NCBI GenBank assembly: GCA_034439715.1
Contig: JAWXAY010000043.1
Coordinates: 1-64,000, forward strand
Source: Pseudomonadota bacterium
Lineage (GTDB): Bacteria > Bdellovibrionota > Bdellovibrionia > Bdellovibrionales > SG-bin7
DNA: 64,000 bases
Direction: 5' to 3'
A program made the position numbers and the translations under genes. Below the pieces are notes generated by a model that saw only the letters and a list, made by a program, of their open reading frames with translations, was not told the DNA's origin and made no database searches. Below are positions 9,082 through 18,524 of the stretch, in pieces (position 1 is the stretch's first letter; each line of letters begins with the position of its first letter).

Positions 9082-10036
9082 GGCTCAAGGCCCACTAAAA
9101 ACAGTATCCGTGGTCGGAGCTCGCGGCTATGCAGGCCTTGAACTCGTCAGGCTATTGTTGAAACACGAGTCTGTTAAGTTGACTCACTGTTTTGCGACTC
9201 AAGAATTCACTCTCGATTGCGAAGTTTTCGATTCGAAAATAAAATCGGTTTTGTGTCTAAAAGACAGTGAGCTTATGAAAAATCTGACCGATATCGTGTT
9301 CTTGGCAACCCCCGCAGAAGTTTCAGAGGGGCTGGCACCTGCTATTTTGAAGGCTGGAAAAAAGGTCATAGATTTGAGTGGAGCGTTTCGTCAAGGAACT
9401 GATTATGGACTTGTGCCTTTTGTGGGTCCCGTCGCTAAAGAAACTCAACTGATCGCTAATCCCGGATGTTATGCGACTGCAATTAGCCTGGCACTAATTC
9501 CAATTATTAAAAACAAATTAATAGATACGGACCATATAGTTGTTGATGCGAAGTCGGGCACCACAGGCGGGGGCAAAAAAGCGATTGAAAGTCTTTTGTT
9601 TTCTGAAGTAGATGGCGAATGTCGCCCTTACCGAGTAGGCCAGCATCAACATTTGCCAGAAATTCAAGAAGCCGTGCAGCGTTGGGGTGGGGCCAGCATT
9701 AATCCACACCTCTCAACTCATCTCTTGCCAACCAAGCGCGGGATTTCAGTCGCTATTTATGCAAATGCCTGCACAGAAAGTAGTGCAGATATAGAACATG
9801 CCTATACAGAAGCGTTTAAAGATTATCCCCTACTTCAACACGGATCGAATATTGAAAAATTGGCGAGTCTTTCGAAAGTGGTGGGAACTCCAAGGATTCA
9901 TATTTCCTACAAACTCGTGGGTAAAAAACTTTATGTCTTTTCGGTGATCGACAATCTTCTTAAAGGGGCCGCGAGCCAAGCGGTAGAAAACCTCAATCGG
10001 TTTTTAGATATTCCAACCTTTACTTACCTTTTATAG
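9062..10036 (+). CDS. argC: N-acetyl-gamma-glutamyl-phosphate reductase
   Basis: GARGYAG, IANPGCYATA, SGTTGGG, IDNLLKGAASQAVENLN. Confidence 0.95.
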   Translation: MMNKYAEAQGPLKTVSVVGARGYAGLELVRLLLKHESVKLTHCFATQEFTLDCEVFDSKIKSVLCLKDSELMKNLTDIVFLATPAEVSEGLAPAILKAGKKVIDLSGAFRQGTDYGLVPFVGPVAKETQLIANPGCYATAISLALIPIIKNKLIDTDHIVVDAKSGTTGGGKKAIESLLFSEVDGECRPYRVGQHQHLPEIQEAVQRWGGASINPHLSTHLLPTKRGISVAIYANACTESSADIEHAYTEAFKDYPLLQHGSNIEKLASLSKVVGTPRIHISYKLVGKKLYVFSVIDNLLKGAASQAVENLNRFLDIPTFTYLL

Positions 10037-10062
10037 AAGAAACAAATAGGAGAAATAGAAAA

Positions 10063-11259
10063 ATGACCCTTGGTCCTGGATTATTTAGAACTGTGCTTCC
10101 CCTGGGCTTCTTAGCTAGCGGTGTGAATTGTGGCGTGCGACGATATCGTCCTGATATCGGACTTATTTTTACTGAAAAGGACTGCGTGGCCGCCGGCGTT
10201 TTCACACTGAATGAGTGCAAGGCAGCGCCCGTGCTTCATTGCCAAGGGATTCTTCCGGCAAGTAATGTGCGCGCCATTGTCACTAATTCGGGTCAAGCCA
10301 ACGCAGCTACTGGTCAACAGGGGCTTCAGAACAATCACTTAATGGCAGAAGCAGTCGCTAAGGAACTAGGCCTTGATGTAGCTCAGGTTTTAACAGCGAG
10401 CACAGGAAAAATTGGCGATCAAATGGAAATCGAGAAAATTCAACAATCGATCCCAGAACTTGTTGAACGAGCCACTGACGTCGCTGAAAATTTTGCTTTG
10501 GCAATACTAACTACTGATCTTGTGCCGAAAACAGCGTCTGAAGTAGTTGAGCTGTCAGGGGGAAGGGTTCGCATTACAGGAATATGTAAAGGCTCTGGGA
10601 TGATTCATCCGAATATGGCGACCATGCTTGGTTACCTGCTAACGGACGTAAAGTTGACGCCCGCTTTGGCTCAAACACTATTAAAAGAGGCTACCGACAT
10701 TAGCTTTAACATGATCAGTGTCGACGGGGATTCTAGTACGAACGACTCCGTATTTCTAATGGCCAGCGGTGAGACGGGCATCGAAATCACGACAGATGCA
10801 GATCTTCAAAGTTTTAAGGAAGCTCTTTTTGAGGTTTCAAAAGTTTTAGCTCAGTCTATCGCGGCTGATGGCGAGGGCGCCAATAAACTCATCGAGGTCG
10901 AATTATTGGGTGCGCCCAGTTTAGAACTTGCTCGAAGCGCCGCCCGAGGGCTTACTTTAAGTCCGCTTATCAAAACCGCAATGCATGGAGAGGACCCCAA
11001 CTGGGGTAGAATTATAGCTCGACTGGGTGCTGACAGAGTCCCAGCAGCATGTCTGGCTAAAATGTCGCTTCTGATTCAAGGTGAACTTCTTTTTGAGGCG
11101 GGTACTCCTTTGAGTTTTGATCGGGCTCTAGTAAAGAATCTTTTAAAGCAACCAAAGATTCAAATCACAATCGACCTTAAATCGGGATCTGAAAAGGCTA
11201 CAGCATGGGGCTGTGATCTTTCAAAAAAGTACGTTGATATTAACACGGAGTACACATGA
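10063..11259 (+). CDS. argJ: Ornithine acetyltransferase / N-acetylglutamate synthase
   Basis: NSGQANAATG, KGSGMIHPNMATML autocleavage site, DGDSSTND, DGEGA, DPNWGRI. Confidence 0.96.
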   Translation: MTLGPGLFRTVLPLGFLASGVNCGVRRYRPDIGLIFTEKDCVAAGVFTLNECKAAPVLHCQGILPASNVRAIVTNSGQANAATGQQGLQNNHLMAEAVAKELGLDVAQVLTASTGKIGDQMEIEKIQQSIPELVERATDVAENFALAILTTDLVPKTASEVVELSGGRVRITGICKGSGMIHPNMATMLGYLLTDVKLTPALAQTLLKEATDISFNMISVDGDSSTNDSVFLMASGETGIEITTDADLQSFKEALFEVSKVLAQSIAADGEGANKLIEVELLGAPSLELARSAARGLTLSPLIKTAMHGEDPNWGRIIARLGADRVPAACLAKMSLLIQGELLFEAGTPLSFDRALVKNLLKQPKIQITIDLKSGSEKATAWGCDLSKKYVDINTEYT

Positions 11260-12101
11260 ACTCATCTAGAGTAGTTATGAAATTAGGTGGATCATCACTA
11301 ACGGATCCCAGCGTTCTCTCAATTATTACACAGGCACTAAAGCTGTATCGAAAGTATGATTACCAGGTGATTCTGGTTCACGGCGGTGGTCCAGCGATTA
11401 ATGCTGAGCTGTCTAGATGTGGAATTGAATGGAGTTTTGTCAATGGCCAAAGAGTGACAACCCCGGAAATGATGGGCGTCATCGAATCTGTCCTGTGTGG
11501 CGACATTAATCGTAAACTCGTTCGCCAGCTCGTGTCGCATGGAATCCAATCAGTGGGTTTTTCAGGAGCAGATTGCAATACTCTCTTATGCAAAAGGGCG
11601 TCCAAAATGCTAGGACAAGTCGGAGCTATCAAAGAGGTAAACACGAAATGGCTTGAAGGCCTGCTTGCTTTGCCGGGGAACCCATTGCCTGTGATAGCGC
11701 CGATTGGTATAGGGGAGCAAGGAGAAGCCTATAATATTAATGCCGACTGGGCAGCCTCTCATTTGGCTGTGGCTCTCAAAGCTGAGTACTTGATATATTT
11801 GACGGATCAAAAAGGCATTCTTGATCAGCAAAAGGAACTTATCACTCAGTTATCGGAAACTACTCTCAAAAAACTTATGCGCAATCAAGCCGTCCATGGT
11901 GGTATGGCAATCAAAACGCGAACGATGATGCACGCACTTCAAAACGGGGTAAAGGCGGCGCGAGTGATGGACGCTAGAGATGCCGAAACAGGCCTCTGGA
12001 GCAATTATGTAGGAACATGGTGTTTGCCAAAGGGCCAGGATATTTACCAATATGTTCCGGGACTACGTCCGCGTGAGGAAAGTGTGCATGTTGCGAGTTA
12101 A
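11256..12101 (+). CDS. argB: Acetylglutamate kinase
   Basis: KLGGS, VHGGGP, GQRVTT, NINAD, GGMAIK. Confidence 0.95.
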   Translation: MNSSRVVMKLGGSSLTDPSVLSIITQALKLYRKYDYQVILVHGGGPAINAELSRCGIEWSFVNGQRVTTPEMMGVIESVLCGDINRKLVRQLVSHGIQSVGFSGADCNTLLCKRASKMLGQVGAIKEVNTKWLEGLLALPGNPLPVIAPIGIGEQGEAYNINADWAASHLAVALKAEYLIYLTDQKGILDQQKELITQLSETTLKKLMRNQAVHGGMAIKTRTMMHALQNGVKAARVMDARDAETGLWSNYVGTWCLPKGQDIYQYVPGLRPREESVHVAS

Positions 12102-13017
12102 ATCAAAATTTTTTCTGACCGGTGAGGAGTTGTCTCGCTCTGAGCTTTTGGCTTTAATCGACCTTGCAGATGACCTTAGAAAAACGCGGGGGAAAGAGCG
12201 ACTAAATGTTTTGCAGGATAAAACCATCGCCTTAATTTTTGAAAAACCTTCTCTAAGAACGCGCGTGAGTTTTACCGTCGGTATCGAAGAGTTGGGAGGC
12301 CGCGTGATCGAAATTTCTGGGACTCAGAAAAAGTCTGAAGATCCCGAGGACGTCATTCGAGTTCTTCAAGGAATGGTCCACGGCGTAATGCTGAGAACCT
12401 TTGAGCACAAAATTTTGGAGCGAATGGTTAGTCATGCTAAGATTCCAATTATTAACGGTCTATCGAATTCGCATCACCCTTGTCAGGCACTTGCTGACCT
12501 GCAAACACTTTTTCAAAAATTTGGCCAGTTGAAGGGGCTTAAGTTGGCCTATATTGGTGACGGCAATAACGTTCTCCATTCGCTTTTATTACTAATGCCT
12601 TTTGCCGGCGTCGATGTTCACTATTGTTGTCCTAAGGGTTATGAACCCGATCATGAAATTCTCGCTCGTAGCAAAGAGCGAGCCGAGCAAGGCGCCGCGG
12701 TTATCAAGAAGTTTGATTCCCCCGAGGCGGCTGTAAATGGTGTTGACGCTTTATACACCGATGTCTGGACAAGCATGGGTTTTGAGACCGAAAACAAAGA
12801 AAGAATGAAACACTTTGAGGGATATCAGATCAATATGGAGCTACTAAAAAAAGCTAAACCAGAGGCAATTGTGCTGCATTGCCTGCCGATGAATAAAGGG
12901 GCGGAGATTACTCAAGAGGTTGTTGATTCCCCCCAAGCGGTTTTTTTTCAGCAGGCTGAGAATCGACTTCATGCTCAAAAAGCACTAATGATCGGAATAT
13001 ACAATGGCCTTAACTGA
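12088..13017 (+). CDS. argF: Ornithine carbamoyltransferase
   Basis: FEKPSLRTRVSF, HPCQALAD, GDGNNV, DVWTSMG, HCLP; start placed at ATG 12088 after GAGGA. Confidence 0.95.
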   Translation: MLRVKSKFFLTGEELSRSELLALIDLADDLRKTRGKERLNVLQDKTIALIFEKPSLRTRVSFTVGIEELGGRVIEISGTQKKSEDPEDVIRVLQGMVHGVMLRTFEHKILERMVSHAKIPIINGLSNSHHPCQALADLQTLFQKFGQLKGLKLAYIGDGNNVLHSLLLLMPFAGVDVHYCCPKGYEPDHEILARSKERAEQGAAVIKKFDSPEAAVNGVDALYTDVWTSMGFETENKERMKHFEGYQINMELLKKAKPEAIVLHCLPMNKGAEITQEVVDSPQAVFFQQAENRLHAQKALMIGIYNGLN

Positions 13018-13462
13018 TTCGCGTGAGAGACAAAAAGTATTAAGTAAGCTCTTGGCCGGCGGAAGAATGTCGACCCAAGAAGAGTTGGTTGAAGAACTTA
13101 GCCGTCTAAAGTTTGATGTCACCCAAAGTACAATCTCTCGTGACTTACGAAGAATTGGAGCCGTTAAAGCAGTCGACGCAAACGGCGCCACGATTTACCG
13201 TTTGGGAACTACAGCCCTACCGCCGGCGTTGCTCACATCGTCAAGTTTAAGGAGTCTTCTCGTAGATATCACTCACAACGACTCGCTTATTGTTATGCGT
13301 ACGGTGGCAGGATCGGCGAGCCTCGTTGCCGCTCATTTAGATAATAATAGGCCAGAAGGAATATTAGGAACAATTGCTGGTGATGACACCATTTTTGTGG
13401 CGCCATCTTCTACTTCAGCAATTAAAAAAACTATTAAAACTATTTATGAGTCGCTTTTATAG
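13004..13462 (+). CDS. argR: Arginine repressor
   Basis: TQEEL, VTQSTISRDL, GTIAGDDTIF. Confidence 0.96.
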   Translation: MALTDSRERQKVLSKLLAGGRMSTQEELVEELSRLKFDVTQSTISRDLRRIGAVKAVDANGATIYRLGTTALPPALLTSSSLRSLLVDITHNDSLIVMRTVAGSASLVAAHLDNNRPEGILGTIAGDDTIFVAPSSTSAIKKTIKTIYESLL

Positions 13463-14385
13463 CTCGGTACTTGTTGGGGGCCCTTGCGGCCAGGGTACCG
13501 ATCAAATTGATAAGCGCAGTGCTTAGAGCATAGCTCATTTAGGTTGCCCTTCGTCTCGCAATCTCCACAGATTTTGAATTCCGAATCACAACGTCGACAT
13601 GATTGTACTAGCTCAGCAGGTTGACCACAATGAGGGCAAAATTTATAGCGTTTTGTAGGCAAGAGATTCTGGTCAACAGCCACGCGTTCATCAAATAAAA
13701 AACATTCACCTTTAAATTTTCGATGTGGCAATTCTTGAAGGTAATTGAGGATACCATTTTTTAGTTGGTAAATATTATTGTAACCTTGCTTTTGTAAATC
13801 AGCAGTCGCCTTTTCGCAGCGGATGCCACCCGTGCAATAAATCATAATGTCTTTACTATTAGGAATGTTCTGTTTTTTAAATGCTTCTCCAAACTCGGTG
13901 AATTCATCAATTTTAAGATCAATGGCGTTTTCAAACATGCCGAGGCGGTTTTCATACCAATTGCGGACATCCACACAAACCGCACTTGAGCTGTTCAGCA
14001 TATGGTCCCACTCGAGCGGAGTGAGGTACTTGGGGTTGTGGTTTTTGGGTTCAAAATTTGGAATATCTAAAGTGCACGCCTCTGCTCTAAGTGTCACTTT
14101 CATTATTCTGAAGGGGCAAATATCAGATGTGCTATCCTTAAATTCTTCAGGCGTAAGACCGTGTTTTAGCGAAATCTCAGATTTGAAGAGTTTAATATTT
14201 TCTAGGTCGGGGCCGCTGAGCGTACCGTTAATTCCTTCAGGCGAAAGAATAAATAAGCCTTTTATTTGTAGAGAAGCGCAGAAGTTCAGCCAGGTAGTTT
14301 TAAGTGACTCAAGTTTTTTTGGCTCAATGGCAAAAAACTTATAAAAACTAGTGACAAAAAAAACGTTGTCTCTTTGAGAATTCAT
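13444..14385 (-). CDS. trhO: Rhodanese-domain tRNA U34 hydroxylase (TrhO/YceA family)
   Basis: FYKF, EGINGTL, DVRNWYE, YCTGGIRCEKA, GECFLFDERV, C-terminal Cys cluster. Confidence 0.85.
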   Translation of the reverse strand: MNSQRDNVFFVTSFYKFFAIEPKKLESLKTTWLNFCASLQIKGLFILSPEGINGTLSGPDLENIKLFKSEISLKHGLTPEEFKDSTSDICPFRIMKVTLRAEACTLDIPNFEPKNHNPKYLTPLEWDHMLNSSSAVCVDVRNWYENRLGMFENAIDLKIDEFTEFGEAFKKQNIPNSKDIMIYCTGGIRCEKATADLQKQGYNNIYQLKNGILNYLQELPHRKFKGECFLFDERVAVDQNLLPTKRYKFCPHCGQPAELVQSCRRCDSEFKICGDCETKGNLNELCSKHCAYQFDRYPGRKGPQQVPSYKSDS

Positions 14386-14442
14386 GTGTGAATTAATACT
14401 GGAATTTACACGGCTAGGTCAAATTAAACTGTCAAATTAAAC

Positions 14443-14844
14443 CTAAGGGACATCGCCCTCTTTGATCCAACGGTGCATAATAGCTTGACTATATCCGTCC
14501 AAGGTTTCGCCTCTTGGCATTGCGCCAGATTGAATTTCAGTATACCAAGGCGACGCATCGGGATTACCTTTTGTATATTGCCCAGAGATTCCTTCAACCC
14601 CACCACCAATTGAGCCAGATCCGGCAAAGTGACAAATAAAGCATTGGGTGTCATTGATAGTTTTTGCTGAGGCGTTAACCTGGGCTATAGTCAAAAGGGC
14701 TACCTCAGAAGAAAAGTCACCACTGCCATCGTGTTGGGGAGTCATAAAGTCAGCACAGTTTTGGAATAATCCCACTGGTAAAAGTAAAAGGACAATACTT
14801 GCCAAAATTCTCTGAGCTTTTGCCATGGATGGCCCCCATATCAC
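14443..14844 (-). CDS. Small monoheme c-type cytochrome, probable lipoprotein
   Basis: Signal ending LFQNC; CFICH; GNPDAS...GAMP...WIKEG; alternative start ATG 14826. Confidence 0.7.
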   Translation of the reverse strand: MIWGPSMAKAQRILASIVLLLLPVGLFQNCADFMTPQHDGSGDFSSEVALLTIAQVNASAKTINDTQCFICHFAGSGSIGGGVEGISGQYTKGNPDASPWYTEIQSGAMPRGETLDGYSQAIMHRWIKEGDVP

Positions 14845-15009
14845 TAATTGTTTTATCGGCTGAATGAGGCAAAAAATGAGACTTTAGTCCCTATTTTTTT
14901 TACTTTGATCAAAGCGTAACAATATCGAGCACTTCCAAGGTCCTTGTTAGGGTCTCAAACGAAACAAAATATTGAAATCTATGTACGACTCAGCAAAATA
15001 AAGAAGTAA

Positions 15010-16587
15010 ATGATTTTCACCCTCCTTTTAAGTTTTTTTATTCATTACTCACCCCCGGTTCAGGCCGAGCCCTGGGTATCAAATCGCTTCGCCCAAAACT
15101 GTTCCGCCTGCCATTCGCCCAATCGCAACAACGTGCCATTACTAGAAAGGCGTTGCACCCTGTCCTGCCAGGGATGCCACGTAAATCCAAATGGGGGGGG
15201 TGTCAGAAATCGTTATGGCGCTTGGAACCAAAATCGGTTTTTGCGCTCTTTGGCTTGGCCAAAAATTGTTCCCGACTATAAGCAGCCAGCACCTGTAGAG
15301 GAACAGCTTTATTACATAGCCCCTGAAAAGAGGGAGGCCGACAAAAAACAAAAAAAGAAAGAGGCGCTCGCCAAGATTAAAGATAGAAAAAATAAAAAAG
15401 ATGAACCTAAAAGCGATAAAAATAAAAAATTTGTTAAAGGGAAATTTAAAAACTACCGTAAACAAGATGACGACGACGATAAGGGTCCTGATGCCGTGAA
15501 TGCGCGAAAAGCGGCTGCTGTAGGGCTGCCTCTCGTTACGACTAATAACTTAGATATACCCGAAGAGAAGTACCGGGACTATAGAGACTGGCGTTTTACT
15601 CCCGACAAAGAGGGTTTCATGAAGCGCTTGACGGTCAATGATCCTTACCGAGAAGAAATTAATATGCGTACTTACATGAGCGGTGATTTCCGCTACATGA
15701 TGTTTAAGCAATCAGGCGACAGTGTGCCATACAGAACTTGGCGTCCCTTTTTGATGTCGGTTGATCTTGGGGCAAGACTGAGACCTATAAGACGCTATCT
15801 TTCTTTTGTCGCTGAAACCAGATGGCTTGGTAACCCTGATGATCTCGATTACGAATATACGTTGGGTAATCCTATGACTCGTTCGTTTTATATTCTGGTC
15901 GATGAAATACCAGGAAATACCTATTTTATGGCAGGCCTGTACCGTCCGCTCTTTGGCAACTACACTCCTGATCACACGGCGCTCGCGCAAGAAATGGCAG
16001 AGGTCGGAGAAACGACACGCATGAAAGCGATTTCAATAGGGACTGCACCTAACGTGCCCTTTCTATACGTACATTATATTCTACCCGAGGATGACCTCGC
16101 GAAGGACCAAAGCAAGGGCACAATTATAAATTTAGGCGGGCGCTTTGTGACAAAAGGGCTATCAGGTATGCTTTCACTTTGGAATACTACCAAGCCTCTC
16201 AACGTCGCAAGCCCTGATGTTCGTATTGGCAAAAAAATGACATCGTTCACATTAGGAGCCTATGTGAAAAACATTGTCGTCAATGCGGAAATTCTACGAA
16301 TTGAGAGAGAATTTGCTCTCGGTCAAAAAGATGCCGGAGTTGTTTACACCACAGAGTTAAAATACCGCTTTTGGCGCGAAAACTATTTACTTTTTAATTA
16401 CGCCGCCTCAAATATTGCTAGAAATTATAAAGAAGGAGACACGAACCAAATGATGATTGGGGCAAAATCTTTTTTGTTCTCTGGCCTCGAGCTTGAGTTT
16501 GTTTATAAAACCGATAATAATAATCTAGCTTCGGGTACAGCACAAAGCTACAGCACTTTGCAAATGCAAGCTCACATGTTTTTTTAG
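15010..16587 (+). CDS. Diheme cytochrome c fused to a probable outer-membrane beta-barrel
   Basis: Signal peptide; CSACH and CQGCH; C-terminal half of alternating beta strands ending QAHMFF. Confidence 0.7.
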   Translation: MIFTLLLSFFIHYSPPVQAEPWVSNRFAQNCSACHSPNRNNVPLLERRCTLSCQGCHVNPNGGGVRNRYGAWNQNRFLRSLAWPKIVPDYKQPAPVEEQLYYIAPEKREADKKQKKKEALAKIKDRKNKKDEPKSDKNKKFVKGKFKNYRKQDDDDDKGPDAVNARKAAAVGLPLVTTNNLDIPEEKYRDYRDWRFTPDKEGFMKRLTVNDPYREEINMRTYMSGDFRYMMFKQSGDSVPYRTWRPFLMSVDLGARLRPIRRYLSFVAETRWLGNPDDLDYEYTLGNPMTRSFYILVDEIPGNTYFMAGLYRPLFGNYTPDHTALAQEMAEVGETTRMKAISIGTAPNVPFLYVHYILPEDDLAKDQSKGTIINLGGRFVTKGLSGMLSLWNTTKPLNVASPDVRIGKKMTSFTLGAYVKNIVVNAEILRIEREFALGQKDAGVVYTTELKYRFWRENYLLFNYAASNIARNYKEGDTNQMMIGAKSFLFSGLELEFVYKTDNNNLASGTAQSYSTLQMQAHMFF

Positions 16588-17588
16588 GCGGCACCTTTTT
16601 TAATTTTTTTGTGGTGAGCCGTTTGGTCACGCTCTACGAGCGCTTTGAGAGCCAAAAAGGCCTCGCGATTATAGGGGCGACCCTGAATATTCTCTAGATG
16701 ATGAATGGCCTCTTTAGCCGATTTGGTTCTTGGCGAGTTAATATTAGATAGAGTGAGATTCACAAAGGCATTGGCGAGCGACACTACTTTGGCGAGGGGG
16801 TTCATGCGAACCTCTCTTAATTTTCTGGGAAAACCCTGACCAAAAGCATTTTCATGATGTTCATAGACAATCGATATCACATCATCAGGAATTGCATCGA
16901 GCGTTTGAAGGATCTGCATACCGCGATGGGGATGAGTCTCGTATTCGGTCATCTCATCGTGACTCCAGTCAATGCGCGGCTTATTCAATAATTCCTTTGA
17001 TAATTCTTTTTTACCAATATCATGGAGAATGCCACCAAGACCTAGTTTTTCAATTGTCGTATCTTTTTGCCAATTAAGCACGCGCCCGATCATCACACTA
17101 ATAGCACTAACGGCTACCGAGTGATCCACCAAGCGATCACTGGAAAGTTCTAGGCCAGCGATAATTTGACTGAGCTCGGGCTTTTGGTCCACCATTTTTA
17201 CAATTGAACCCGTAATATTTTTTGCGTGAATATAAGTCTCTCGAGAGAAGCCCAATTTTTCGATTTCATTAAAAACAGCGTTAGTGGCATGACTTAAAAC
17301 TGACGCTTGACCCGAAGGCGCTAGATCGCTGCGATTCGAAAGGACCGTACTGGCATTTAAAATATTTTTAGAGACATTTTTTCTAAATTCAATTTTTTTA
17401 ACCCATACCTCTTCGAGGTGTTGGCGAGCAAAATCCGAAAGAGCCATGACCGATGCCTCTGTGCCTGCGCGAACTACAAGCAAAAATTTGTTGTCGTCCA
17501 ACTTGACATACAGATCCAACGGAATTTTTGAGGTGCCTTCAAATTCACTAATTGAAATGGGCATGAGTTCGTCTATACTTAGTTCCAT
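16584..17588 (-). CDS. HD-GYP family protein (variant motifs)
   Basis: ILHDIGK, HPHRG, HHENAFGQGFP. Confidence 0.85.
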   Translation of the reverse strand: MELSIDELMPISISEFEGTSKIPLDLYVKLDDNKFLLVVRAGTEASVMALSDFARQHLEEVWVKKIEFRKNVSKNILNASTVLSNRSDLAPSGQASVLSHATNAVFNEIEKLGFSRETYIHAKNITGSIVKMVDQKPELSQIIAGLELSSDRLVDHSVAVSAISVMIGRVLNWQKDTTIEKLGLGGILHDIGKKELSKELLNKPRIDWSHDEMTEYETHPHRGMQILQTLDAIPDDVISIVYEHHENAFGQGFPRKLREVRMNPLAKVVSLANAFVNLTLSNINSPRTKSAKEAIHHLENIQGRPYNREAFLALKALVERDQTAHHKKIKKGAA

Positions 17589-17595
17589 ATTTATC

Positions 17596-17623
17596 TTATC
17601 GGAAAGAACTGGGTTATGGTTAA
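17596..17623 (-). promoter_or_regulatory. Sigma28 (FliA)-like promoter for the HD-GYP gene
   Basis: Minus strand TTAAC-N15-TCCGATAA, 7 nt before ATG 17588. Confidence 0.55.
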
Positions 17624-18524
17624 GCCACTATCGATAAACAAATTAGTTAAGAATTACGGGGCCTTAAGGGCAGTAGATCAAGTTACTTTTGATATTCCCG
17701 AAGGGCAAATTTTTGGCCTATTGGGTCCCAATGGCGCTGGTAAGACAACAGTTATTGCGGTGACGACTACGCTCGCTGATTCGACCAGCGGTTTTGTTGA
17801 AGTCTTTGGCGTGGACGTGGCAAAAAATCCTAAGCTTGCTAAGACTTATATGGGAGTCGTACACCAAGAGTTAGTAAATCAGGGCTTTTTTAATGTCGAA
17901 GAGATTCTTCATATTTATTCGGGTTACCACGGGATATTAAAAAATCACAGTCGCATTGAATTCTTATTAGAAAAATTGGGCTTAGTGGAGTTACGAAAAA
18001 AACCGGTAAAATTTTTGAGCGGCGGCATGAAGCGAAGACTCATGATCGCCAAAGCGTTGGTGCATTGGCCTATGTTACTTCTTTTAGATGAACCCACAGC
18101 GGGTGTCGATGTAGAGCTCAGACGCTCTCTATGGGAGTTCATGCGAGAGCTCAAAAATTTGGGCATGACGATTTTATTGACCACCCATTATCTCGAAGAA
18201 GCCGAACAGCTTTGCGATCGGGTCGGAATAATCAATAAGGGTAAACTCATTAAAGTGGGTCCCACTCAAGACTTAATTAGAGAACTTACGCAACGAGAGG
18301 TCAAATTCACTCTTGTGAATCCTATCGATAAAATAAAAAATCAGTTTTTAACTAAACAAAATGGCAAAGAATTGATTTTTGAAATTCCCTCAAGCCATCA
18401 GGTGGGGGAGCTTCTGTGTAGCTTGAATATTCCACTTCTTAATATTGCCGACATTAAAGTCAGCGAAGGTACCCTCGAAGAAGCCTTTCGCAGAGTTTTA
18501 GAGGGGGGGAGCAGTTTTGCTTGA
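17616..18524 (+). CDS. ABC transporter ATP-binding protein (YadG-like)
   Basis: GPNGAGKTT, LSGGMKRR, LLLDEPTAGVD. Confidence 0.92.
   Translation: MVKPLSINKLVKNYGALRAVDQVTFDIPEGQIFGLLGPNGAGKTTVIAVTTTLADSTSGFVEVFGVDVAKNPKLAKTYMGVVHQELVNQGFFNVEEILHIYSGYHGILKNHSRIEFLLEKLGLVELRKKPVKFLSGGMKRRLMIAKALVHWPMLLLLDEPTAGVDVELRRSLWEFMRELKNLGMTILLTTHYLEEAEQLCDRVGIINKGKLIKVGPTQDLIRELTQREVKFTLVNPIDKIKNQFLTKQNGKELIFEIPSSHQVGELLCSLNIPLLNIADIKVSEGTLEEAFRRVLEGGSSFA

Noticed and set aside
13847..14344. 165-aa ORF opposite trhO
   Set aside because: Shadow of a conserved gene; Ser-rich with no motifs
15193..15200. G8 tract in the cytochrome-porin gene as a phase-variation site
   Set aside because: It encodes the NPNGGG motif in an intact frame; 8 nt is short and variation cannot be seen in a single sequence
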